A stretch of DNA of 64,000 nt from a virus. Both the position numbers and the translations under genes were made by a program. This document shows positions 47,324 to 55,964 of this stretch, in pieces. The notes beneath the pieces were generated by a model. That model was given only the letters and a program-made list of their open reading frames with translations, had not been told where the DNA came from and did no database searches. Position 1 is the stretch's first letter, and the number at the start of each line of letters is the position of its first letter. The stretch lies in the IMG/VR virus record IMGVR_UViG_3300049856_000265, positions 21,555-85,554 of that record, one strand, 5' to 3'.

Positions 47324-48286
47324 GTATCTCCTTTTAAGCGGCTATAAATAGCGTAAACCATTACACTTATTATGATATAGGTCATAATCCAAAGGCCTTA
47401 TCACATAGCGATAATTGGTCAACTAGATGAGTTTCAACCATATACCAAGGCAAATCATAGTAATCTCGATAGCTGATACCTTCATTAAGAAGATACTCCC
47501 ATGTTTGATCGTCTGGAGTCAACCCGAATCGAAGTAATATTTTAATAACCTTTTGGCGAGTTGTTTCTTCTTTACTCGGCATGATGAATCTCCAATTTAA
47601 CTTGCTTTACAACATAAAGAATCTGATAACCTTCTCCTAAGTTACTAAAATAACACTCTAATGCTTCTTTTAAATCTACAAAGTCTGCTAAAAGCGTCCA
47701 CTTATCTCTAAAACCATAAACCAAATAGACTTCATGATTGCTAGGTATCTTAAACATATGTTCTGCTAAGTATGTGATTTTAGGTTAGGGGCAGAAGGGC
47801 TACTTATACTTTTACCCTATATAAGGTTACTAAATCTTGCATAGCTATAATAAACTCAGTTGAATCAATATCAACATGAGGATTAGATAACAGAGTCTCA
47901 ATAGCCTTATAGATCTTAGATATATCCATAAAGTTAACAGGTACTCTATTAAAGAATACGTTATAGGTATTATTTATACGCTTAGCTAGTTGTTTATTAG
48001 TCTTAGCCATATTAGATAGCCTTCTCAATAGTCTCAGTCAAAGCTTTAATGCGATCTAGGTAATGGTCCCTTTGGAATAGCAAGTCTTTACTGATAGGCT
48101 CATATTCATTAAGCATAAGGTCTAGGCGATGTTCTAGGGCTTCTAGCTTAGTCTTAGTTTCAATGAGTAGTTGTCTATCGTAGTTAGTATCGCATGATTT
48201 ACACATAATATTAAGCTCCTATCGTGATTATTAAGGTTAGGATGAGTATGGTCAAAGGGAATAGCCAAAGGACTATCACGTTAAGG

Positions 48287-48616
48287 TCAATCTTGAACAT
48301 GGTCTTCTATCCATTCTATCATAGCTTCTCGAACATTGTCGCTATCATCGTCGTGGACTTCTTGCAATAGGACCATTCCCTCAACATTTAAAGGCATAAT
48401 ATCTATAATGTTTTGAGGCAAGTTACGTACCCAAACACTTTCAAAGCTTGATCTATATAAGTCGTCTGGTATAAAGCACCCTACTGCACATTTATTATTG
48501 TTTGAACCTCGATAAGCGCATCCTATGCCGTCCATGGTTGATGCCGTGCCGTCGTTGCCTTGCTTAATAGCTTCGATCATTGTGGCCTTAGTATGGCCGT
48601 TAATTGTCTTATACAT
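48287..48616 (-). CDS. hypothetical phage protein
   Basis: CAYRG..KCAVGCFIPD...LQEVHD motif; RBS GGGAG. Confidence 0.65.
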   Translation of the reverse strand: MYKTINGHTKATMIEAIKQGNDGTASTMDGIGCAYRGSNNNKCAVGCFIPDDLYRSSFESVWVRNLPQNIIDIMPLNVEGMVLLQEVHDDDSDNVREAMIEWIEDHVQD

Positions 48617-48834
48617 GGTTTAATCTCCCTATAGTGTATAGATTTAGTAAGGTCGAACGTAATTGATCATGGTTAAGGCTGTTAGGCATACGCTGATTAG
48701 GCCTAGCCAAAGTAAATAATAGTCTATAGGACGCATAGTTAATACCCTTTCGGCGATAATGAGAATCGTTATCAAAATCAAACTGAGTGTTATAAGCACT
48801 TAATCAAACGATTGATTAATCTAAATTCAGCTAC

Positions 48835-49020
48835 TTAAGCAGCTAATCTCATCATTTGGAACATCTCGTTCATGTTTACTTGCGCGATATCCCTCAATCG
48901 TTGGATGTTCTCAAAGTCCGCATCGACCAATTTAGCCCTAAGTAGCTCGACCTTAGTTCCTTGATACATCGTAAAGAACACAATAACGTTACCTTCATAG
49001 TAGAATTTAGGCTTATTCAT
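48835..49020 (-). CDS. hypothetical early protein
   Basis: RBS GAGGG; sigma54-like motif ~40 nt upstream. Confidence 0.55.
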   Translation of the reverse strand: MNKPKFYYEGNVIVFFTMYQGTKVELLRAKLVDADFENIQRLRDIAQVNMNEMFQMMRLAA

Positions 49021-49116
49021 AATATTATCCCTCTTCTTTATTGTTTATATCAATATCTATCAATAATCGTACCGTGAATATCTAGTGCAATATTGATCTA
49101 ATCGTTAGACTATCAG

Positions 49117-49386
49117 TTAAGCAGCTGTATTCCTTAGACGCTTGTTTAGCATGAACCGCTGTAGACTATCCATGCTATCTAAAGATAGGATGATATCAGC
49201 TAGAGTGTGTACCTTTTTACTCTTAGATACCTTTTTAGCCCGTTTAGCCTTATCGGTATAGCTCATTACGCCGCCTATAAGCTTCACGTACTGCTTAAGG
49301 CTAAGCTCATCGACTAGGCGGTTATAGATAGTCTTAGTATCTACTTGAGTGATCTTAAGGGCGTATAGGGCGTTAAGGTCGATCAT
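49117..49386 (-). CDS. hypothetical early protein
   Basis: strong RBS AGGAGG; upstream TTGACC-N17-TAACCT. Confidence 0.65.
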   Translation of the reverse strand: MIDLNALYALKITQVDTKTIYNRLVDELSLKQYVKLIGGVMSYTDKAKRAKKVSKSKKVHTLADIILSLDSMDSLQRFMLNKRLRNTAA

Positions 49387-49586
49387 AATTACCTCCTAAG
49401 GTATCAGGTTACTAAACTAGTTACCAGTGGTCAAGAGAATAGTATAGCCTAGGCGCATCAAACGACTAATCATATCACTAGGCAAAGCCTTGGTGTATAT
49501 CCTACGCCCAATGAAGACCATCTTATAGGTCTTACCCTTGAGTGTGAATTCCCTTGTCTCGGTTAGATTGGTCATACTAGGTATGT

Positions 49587-49813
49587 TGCATGCGCCATGC
49601 CATAAGCTAACCTTTGGATATCATAGGATCGTTAAGTAATCATGGTGTCGAACTTCTATACAGGGTATTGATATCATTGAGGAATAGATTAGACACTGCA
49701 CTAAAGATTGTCACTTGCGGCGTAGTGCCCGCGCATCGTATAATGATCGCGCGTACGCGTAGCAAGAAGCATGCCTGGCATAGTTCTTGCAGGGGGTTGC
49801 AATAGTCGTGCCA
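49587..49813. promoter_or_regulatory. cluster of sigma54-type -24/-12 motifs
   Basis: TGGCACGACTATTGCA (-, 49798-49813), TGGCATAGTTCTTGCA (+, 49776-49791), AGGCATGCTTCTTGCT (-, 49761-49776), TGGCATGGCGCATGCA (-, 49587-49602). Confidence 0.65.
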
Positions 49814-49976
49814 GGGGGGGGTGCCTTAACTTTGGACAACAATTACACATGTATGCTGACACATATAGCCTATTGCCATTCTTAACTTGAGTAACTTTAC
49901 CAACGATCTCGCCAAGTAAAGCTTCCCCTAGTTTTCTTGCCTTGACTTTTTGAGTAACTTCGGTTAATCTAAAAGT

Positions 49977-50129
49977 ATGACTGTACTTGAACTTATTACG
50001 CAACTAATTGAACTAGAAGAGCAACATCCTGGTAAGACTGTAAAAGGACAACTGAACTTTGGCCCAGCTCCTAATGAACTAATAGGTGGTCTTTTGCTTT
50101 GGGAGTTTCCTAATGATGATATTGAGTAA
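49977..50129 (+). CDS. small hypothetical protein (50 aa, leaderless)
   Basis: TTGACT-N17-TAATCT-N6-ATG; MTVLELITQLIELEEQHPG. Confidence 0.6.
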   Translation: MTVLELITQLIELEEQHPGKTVKGQLNFGPAPNELIGGLLLWEFPNDDIE

Positions 50130-50340
50130 CTTTATACTACTCGCGGGCCTGGCATCGCCCGATCCTCGTACCTTAGTCTGCACGATAGCCTACTCTTCAT
50201 ACTATGCTGGTTGTATTGAACAACATTACGGTAAGGGTCTAGATGAGCAAGCTATCCAAAAGGTACTTAAAGAATGTAAAGCTAAGGCTCAAGGATTTAC
50301 TAAAGCTTTAGACGTGTGTAAAGATGCTAAGTTCGATTAG
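50113..50340 (+). CDS. small exported Cys-containing protein (approximate start)
   Basis: hydrophobic N-terminus, four Cys. Confidence 0.45.
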   Translation: MMILSNFILLAGLASPDPRTLVCTIAYSSYYAGCIEQHYGKGLDEQAIQKVLKECKAKAQGFTKALDVCKDAKFD

Positions 50341-50480
50341 ACGGCCTACGAGCCTCAAGGCTAAGACTTAAGGTAGGAGTCTAGGCCAACCTACTCAAGC
50401 AGATTAGAAGATAGCCTAGGGGCGTATAGACGGCGGGCTTAGTCATTGACTATACATTATCCAAAAGGTATACTAAACCT

Positions 50481-50753
50481 ATGACTAGGAATACCGATCT
50501 AGAATACAAACTTAACTATCACATACTTAAGAGCGTTAAGGCTAAGTATCATCTTAAGAATACTAAGTGTAGGACCGTGCACCTAGGAGACCTTAATCGT
50601 GAAATAGGCTTAGGTCTTAGGCTTAAAGACGAACCTAGCTGTAAGCTAGTCTTTAAGACGCTATTTGCTATGTGGATTGATAATAAATGCTTTGAACTGT
50701 ATCCTGAACCGTCTTGGGTATGGGAACTATACTTTGACCTTAAGGATCTATAA
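50481..50753 (+). CDS. hypothetical protein (leaderless)
   Basis: TTGACT-N17-TATACT-N6-ATG. Confidence 0.6.
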   Translation: MTRNTDLEYKLNYHILKSVKAKYHLKNTKCRTVHLGDLNREIGLGLRLKDEPSCKLVFKTLFAMWIDNKCFELYPEPSWVWELYFDLKDL

Positions 50754-50989
50754 TGTTTAATCTACTGTTTATAGCTATGTCCATGTCTGCCCCGCTTTTT
50801 AAAGTAGGGGATACCGTAATTGTACAAGATAGTGAATTCGCTAACTGTTCAGCTATAGTTGCTGAAGTTTATGAACCACCTGGTCAAAATAGATATGACG
50901 TAGATGTCTTTAAATGTCCTACTCGCTGGTTTAAGGGTATGAGGCGTTTAAAAGATGTACCTGAAAACTTCTTATCCTTGCCACGCTAA
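50753..50989 (+). CDS. small SH3/KOW-like protein with a hydrophobic N-terminus
   Basis: FKVGDTVIV motif. Confidence 0.5.
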   Translation: MFNLLFIAMSMSAPLFKVGDTVIVQDSEFANCSAIVAEVYEPPGQNRYDVDVFKCPTRWFKGMRRLKDVPENFLSLPR

Positions 50990-51005
50990 AACAAATATTG
51001 TTTAC

Positions 51006-51206
51006 ATGGAAACCTTGCTCTTTATTGGATTACTAATAGCTTTTACCTTCATCCTTAGGACTGCCTTTAAGGGGCCTGGCCTAGGGATGGGAGGTGCCGC
51101 GTGTCATGAGAAGCGCGAACCTCACAAGTGGACTTGGGTTAAGCATGAAGGTAATGACCGCTTGCGGTGCGCTAAGTGCGGCGACATCTTTGGTGTAGAC
51201 AAATAA
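51006..51206 (+). CDS. TM plus zinc-finger protein (likely start METL at 51006)
   Basis: TM helix then C..HKW..CAKCG. Confidence 0.55.
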   Translation: METLLFIGLLIAFTFILRTAFKGPGLGMGGAACHEKREPHKWTWVKHEGNDRLRCAKCGDIFGVDK

Positions 51207-51230
51207 GCATAGCCACGTTATACTAAGGCT

Positions 51231-51665
51231 ATGAATTGGTTTAAACGTAAGAATAAAGCATTACCCGCCGTTTCAAACGTCATGACAGCTGAGGCCGCCC
51301 GTAAGGCTTCACAACTTGCCAAGATGCAAGTAGAGCTAGAGAGCCTTCAACAAGCTAAAGAAGAGTATTCAAATTTGTTGAGTTTAATCAATGTTGAAAT
51401 TTTGGCAGGAGCTTCTCAGGTTAAGGTAGCTATACTTAATTTACAGTTCCATAATCTAGTTAACCTTAGTCATCGTGTAGAGCTTAAGGGTATTTATTTC
51501 CATAAAGAACTAGGACTTAATGTAGCTCAAACTTATATTATTACTGAGCTTAAGAAGCTAGGCTACCAAGTAGTACTTCGTAATATTTCAATGCCCGTGC
51601 ATAGGATCGTTGGCGATGCTCCTAGCCTTTTTGCTGGACATGAGTTGCTCATCTCATGGGGCTAG
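51231..51665 (+). CDS. hypothetical protein (leaderless)
   Basis: TAGACA-N17-TATACT-N6-ATG. Confidence 0.6.
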   Translation: MNWFKRKNKALPAVSNVMTAEAARKASQLAKMQVELESLQQAKEEYSNLLSLINVEILAGASQVKVAILNLQFHNLVNLSHRVELKGIYFHKELGLNVAQTYIITELKKLGYQVVLRNISMPVHRIVGDAPSLFAGHELLISWG

Positions 51666-52122
51666 TCGTCAGCTAAGGCTCTGGCTCGATTAGGATTAAT
51701 TCTAGTCTTACGTAAAACTCTATTTACAAAAGGCGAACGTTCCCAATTCTTTTGGCTAAAATCAAATCCATAACCATCTTGATATATAGCAAAAGCGTTT
51801 AATCTGGTACTGTGTGAGTTATTAAAAGATGCGTCAGCACTGTTATAACGATCAAGCGGGTAGTCTAGATCCTGCTCTAGTTCTTTATTTATATATTTCC
51901 AATTAAAAGGCTTAGTCATTGGAAAACCTTTTAACCATAGAATTACTGGCATCCGCAATTCGTCCTGGATTAGTTTCTTTGCGCTCGCGACGATCTTGGT
52001 GTATAGTAATTTCAGATAAAGTACAGTAAAAAGATGTTAACATAATTAGAGATTTAGTATTATAATGACGTGTTTCTAAATGCTTTAATCGTTGATTATG
52101 TAATAAAGAAGTACCCTTAAGA

Positions 52123-53112
52123 CTAATCATTAAAACTACTACCAATTCCCATACTCTTTTGATTACTAAATCCCTTAGTAGCACGGGACGATTGCGCAAA
52201 GAGCTGAAGCATTGCTTCTTCTAGCGTAATATCGTAAAGAGCTGAACGAATAACTACTTCTTTTACATGGGCCACGCTAAAGTTATTATATTTATTATCT
52301 TGGATGGCCAGTTTAGAGGACTCAGTAGCCTTACCTTGACTGAAGAACTCAAGAAATTTAGCGCGAAACTCAGCAGAAGGGCGCTTAACTTCCATCACAT
52401 CGTCAAAACGTTGAGGACGATTAGTCAAGTTTTCAAGAAAGTTCTCTGGATAGTTAGTAGTAGCTAGAATCATTGTAGGAATTGTGAAAGTCTTCTCGAC
52501 GTTATCCAAAAGAGACAAAAGACTGGACTCAGAATAGCGTCTGCCGCCATCTGCATTTTCAACTCCACCCAAATCTTCAATGATAAGGAAAAGTTTAGTA
52601 ACTTTATTCGTAGCATATTCAAATCTTTTAATAAAATCCTTAACATGACGTGCTTCATACTTATCGCTAGGCCAGATCACGATACAAGTATCTTCTTTTT
52701 GAGCATACTCATTACAAACTTTAGAGATAGTTTGGCTCTTACCACATCCTGGTGCGCCATAAAGCAAAATAGCACGTTTAGGATCCATGTTGTAGAGTTT
52801 ATAAACATCAAGTTTATTAAAGAATGTATTAATTTTATTAGAAATATCCTTAGTTGAGATGTATTCTTCAAGGATATTAGCTGAAGTAAAGCCTGATTGC
52901 TGAAGAACCATCTTTTGATTTTCAATTGCAATAGTAAAAATTCCAGCACTTACTGAATAGGTTTCGACAATATGCGTAGGAGCTTCGACGAACTCCCATT
53001 GTACAAAACGATCATCGCTTGTAAAAAGACTAAAGTCTGATTCGGTGATCTTATCGCCTTCTTTTACATTTTTAATATCCGTAACTGATTTCACTTTAAA
53101 GAAGTTTGACAT
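52123..53112 (-). CDS. AAA+ ATPase (classical AAA clade)
   Basis: LLYGAPGCGKS, IIEDL, ATTNYPE, NRPQRFD. Confidence 0.9.
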   Translation of the reverse strand: MSNFFKVKSVTDIKNVKEGDKITESDFSLFTSDDRFVQWEFVEAPTHIVETYSVSAGIFTIAIENQKMVLQQSGFTSANILEEYISTKDISNKINTFFNKLDVYKLYNMDPKRAILLYGAPGCGKSQTISKVCNEYAQKEDTCIVIWPSDKYEARHVKDFIKRFEYATNKVTKLFLIIEDLGGVENADGGRRYSESSLLSLLDNVEKTFTIPTMILATTNYPENFLENLTNRPQRFDDVMEVKRPSAEFRAKFLEFFSQGKATESSKLAIQDNKYNNFSVAHVKEVVIRSALYDITLEEAMLQLFAQSSRATKGFSNQKSMGIGSSFND

Positions 53113-53114
53113 AA

Positions 53115-53327
53115 TTAAGACTGTCTCCACTTTTCATACATTACCCATTTAGTAACAAAATCTACAAGATCTAGCCAAGTATTATTAGGATCAGCTAACC
53201 ATTTTAGATAGGTCTTAACTAAGAGAGTTTGAGTTCCTCTTTCAACTATAGTAGGATACATCTGACAAACCACTGAAAGTTCTACCTTAAGAAGCGGATC
53301 AGCTCCTCTATCCCTTGGCTTGCTCAT
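53115..53327 (-). CDS. hypothetical protein
   Basis: coupled ORF. Confidence 0.5.
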   Translation of the reverse strand: MSKPRDRGADPLLKVELSVVCQMYPTIVERGTQTLLVKTYLKWLADPNNTWLDLVDFVTKWVMYEKWRQS

Positions 53328-53481
53328 TCTTGGCTTTCAAATGAGCTTCGTGAGCTTCTTGTTCTGTTCGAAAATATCCAAGATGCTTGAGTTTACCTTC
53401 TACACGTAGAACTGCCTTGTACTTTTTGATACGACGGTTGGCTTCGAAGCTTACTCCTGTAAGATATTTAGGCTTGTTCAT
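53308..53481 (-). CDS. stand-alone AP2-domain protein (57 aa, not in ORF track)
   Basis: MNKPKYLTGVSFEANRRIKKYKAVLRVEGKLKHLGYFRTEQEAHEAH; ATGA overlap with dcd. Confidence 0.7.
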   Translation of the reverse strand: MNKPKYLTGVSFEANRRIKKYKAVLRVEGKLKHLGYFRTEQEAHEAHLKAKNEQAKG

Positions 53482-53996
53482 TTGAAATCTTTAAAACTCT
53501 TTGAAGCTTGAGGACCTGTATCATTCATGTACTTACCTGAATAGGTTGTGCTTTCGCCCTTCTCTTCTGAGTAGGCGATTTGCCCTATTTTCATACCTGC
53601 ATAAACTCGAACTGGGCGCACCACAGCTAACTCCAAAGTAAGTTTTCCGGCGTATCCTGAATCAATAAAACCCGCTGTAATATGAACAAAAAGTCCAAGA
53701 CGGCCAAGACTAGACTTACCGTAAAGTACGCCTACTAGGCTTTTAGCTTCGGTAAATTCATTAACTGAACCGATATACAGCTCGCCAGGATGGAGTACTA
53801 GACCTTCTTCAGGAATACTCACTTCTCTTGTAGGATTTGTACGTTTAGGATCTAGAATAGGATCTGTGTACATCAGAAGTTTAGGAGCAAGTGTAAGATC
53901 ATACGAATCAGGATTCAGATTTTCTTCTACAAAAGGCATGATCGTAATCTGGCCCTTTTCCATACGCTTTTTAATCTCAGTTTTAGTAAGAATCAT
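53478..53996 (-). CDS. dcd: dCTP deaminase
   Basis: LNPDSYDLTL, GKSSLGRLGL, TAGFIDSGYAGKLTLE, IGQI, YSGKY. Confidence 0.92.
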   Translation of the reverse strand: MILTKTEIKKRMEKGQITIMPFVEENLNPDSYDLTLAPKLLMYTDPILDPKRTNPTREVSIPEEGLVLHPGELYIGSVNEFTEAKSLVGVLYGKSSLGRLGLFVHITAGFIDSGYAGKLTLELAVVRPVRVYAGMKIGQIAYSEEKGESTTYSGKYMNDTGPQASKSFKDFK

Positions 53997-54247
53997 GAGT
54001 TCTCCTTAGCTGCATCTTCTGCTTCCTGCTTAGCAATAATCTCCCTAAGCTGGGCAATACGTGCAGTCTGTTCAGCCATAGGCAATTTAAGCATGCCTCG
54101 AATAAAACGACGCTGGTTATTTACCAATTCCAAACGACTAGCATTAGTTATCGGAGCAATCTGTCCGGTAATGTCAGTAGTGTCGTAAAGTCCCATACGT
54201 TCAGCTAATTCTGTAAAAGTCCTACGGTTTTTAAAATTAGTTTTCAT
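53993..54247 (-). CDS. hypothetical protein
   Basis: coupled ORF. Confidence 0.55.
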   Translation of the reverse strand: MKTNFKNRRTFTELAERMGLYDTTDITGQIAPITNASRLELVNNQRRFIRGMLKLPMAEQTARIAQLREIIAKQEAEDAAKENS

Positions 54248-54381
54248 TATTAGATAATTTCCTTCAACAAGATTCCCATGGCCACAAGTTGCAACACAAT
54301 TGCAGATATACTATGATTAGTAAATAAACATAACCAACCTGCAGTACTTAAAGTAACCCCAATATACCAAGCTTTACTCAT

Positions 54382-55092
54382 TTAATAAACCTTTAAAAAT
54401 TCTACAACAGATTCAAGAGGAATAAGAATACCCCAGTTAACACTATTATCACCAGCGTACAGCACTCCAGTAAGGTGTCCCCAGAAATTCACTACTGGGC
54501 TGCCACTATTTCCGCCAAAAGCTGGTATATTTGTAAAGGCTGAATGATTAACTTCTACGCAAACGTTTCCGTAAAGCGTAGCTACGTTTTTATACATTCC
54601 TATTTCTTCTTTGCAAGGCTCTTCACTAACCATTACAGCGACTTCACCATATCCAATAAGCTCACCTTTTGAAAGGGTGAGCGGCATAAGTCTGGGATGC
54701 CCAACTAATCCAAGTTCTTCTCCAATACGAACACTACCAGCAATACTAACTCCAGTCATTCCAGGTACTTTATCAAGTAAACAAAGATCTGCTTTATTAT
54801 ACTTCTCAACTACGCGAAGAGGAATAGGACGTCGGTCTGCAGTCTTAGCATAAACAATACCTTGCTCATTAGCAAGCGCACATACATGTGCATTAGTTAA
54901 TGTAAGCACGTCTCCAGAAGGAGTTTGAATAGCAAAACCTGTTCCACCCGAAGTCTGTGCTTCGTTAGTTAACATTACTACCTGAGATCCAACTTTATTA
55001 CGAATATAATTACCATGCCATTGTGGAGCTTTTACTCCAATAATGCCAATAACTATTACTGTTGCTAGAAACTTTAGAGATCTTTTAATCAT
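54382..55092 (-). CDS. membrane-anchored trypsin-like (S1) serine protease
   Basis: N-terminal TM; GTGF, LTNAHVC, DLCLL, GGNSGSPV. Confidence 0.9.
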   Translation of the reverse strand: MIKRSLKFLATVIVIGIIGVKAPQWHGNYIRNKVGSQVVMLTNEAQTSGGTGFAIQTPSGDVLTLTNAHVCALANEQGIVYAKTADRRPIPLRVVEKYNKADLCLLDKVPGMTGVSIAGSVRIGEELGLVGHPRLMPLTLSKGELIGYGEVAVMVSEEPCKEEIGMYKNVATLYGNVCVEVNHSAFTNIPAFGGNSGSPVVNFWGHLTGVLYAGDNSVNWGILIPLESVVEFLKVY

Positions 55093-55133
55093 TATTTTAA
55101 ACCTTTTCCATAGTTTTAAGTGTTTATATCCTA

Positions 55134-55495
55134 AGAATAGCGTAACCTTCTAACCTTGTCAATACTTTATAAATGTTTGACAATAATTGTTCAGGCTGGT
55201 AATCTAAAAATAGAGCCCATCTGGGTCGGCTATAGCTGTGCCCGCGCTAATGTATTATTCTTCTATGCTCATTCTATAAACATTCTTGGATTAATACATA
55301 TTATCCTTGACAAGAATTCTTAGATATTGGTATACTAAGCTTACGAACGACTCTTCCTGAAGAGGATCGCTTCGAGCTTGACGCTCTACGCTACAGTCTA
55401 AGTCATGGCAAAAGAGACTCTGAAGAAGATCAATAGTAAGCTTAAGGCTTAAGTATAGCTTTAATCTTGACATGACTTTAAACATAGACTATCCT
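55134..55495. promoter_or_regulatory. promoter-dense divergent region (one minus, three plus sigma70 promoters)
   Basis: - TTGACA-N17-TATTCT (55162); + TTGACA-N17-TAATCT (55177), TTGACA-N18-TATACT (55307), TTGACA-N17-TATCCT (55467). Confidence 0.7.
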
Positions 55496-55503
55496 TAGAA
55501 TAT

Positions 55504-55794
55504 ATGGAATTTAGTACTGAGAACATTAAAGATCTGCTAAAGGCTGCCCGGCCTATTATGGTGTTAGTCTCAAATGCTAGCTCTGAGTCTGAACGAATGC
55601 TTATTTTGCATTCTTATGCTGAAGTAGTAGCTGGGATTAATGATATTCTCGTGGCTATTTCAACTGCGGTTGATCCTTTGGAGCGAAGCGCTGCTATTGA
55701 AGCTGTGGATCAAGGTATTAGGGACTTGGCTTTAGGTATGGCACCTTTTAGTGGTGATTTTAATGGATCGGGTCCTAGTGGGATGACTAACTAA
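55504..55794 (+). CDS. hypothetical protein
   Basis: ATG 8 nt after a -10 box. Confidence 0.6.
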   Translation: MEFSTENIKDLLKAARPIMVLVSNASSESERMLILHSYAEVVAGINDILVAISTAVDPLERSAAIEAVDQGIRDLALGMAPFSGDFNGSGPSGMTN

Positions 55795-55802
55795 ACAAAT
55801 AT

Positions 55803-55950
55803 ATTTAGAGTAGTTGACCAATACAGATAAGCCCATGCGTGGGACGGCCTAAGGCCAAAATAGCTGGTTTACGGTGTAAGACTCGTATTATAAACCTACC
55901 TCATAATGAGATGGTTTGAACTAAAGTCTACCTCCTTTTGGAGATGACAA
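55803..55950 (+). ncRNA. structured leader / ncRNA of the packaging operon
   Basis: follows AACAAATA; two hairpins share the same internal loop (UAC/AU). Confidence 0.5.
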
Positions 55951-55964
55951 GGAGATAAAGAATT

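Noticed and set aside
49614-50003. ORFs 49614-49805 and 49701-50003
   Set aside because: They span the motif-dense putative terminus region, lack an RBS and do not look protein-like.
52123-53112. AAA ATPase as the sigma54 enhancer-binding activator
   Set aside because: It lacks GAFTGA and has classical AAA motifs (TTN, RPQRFD).
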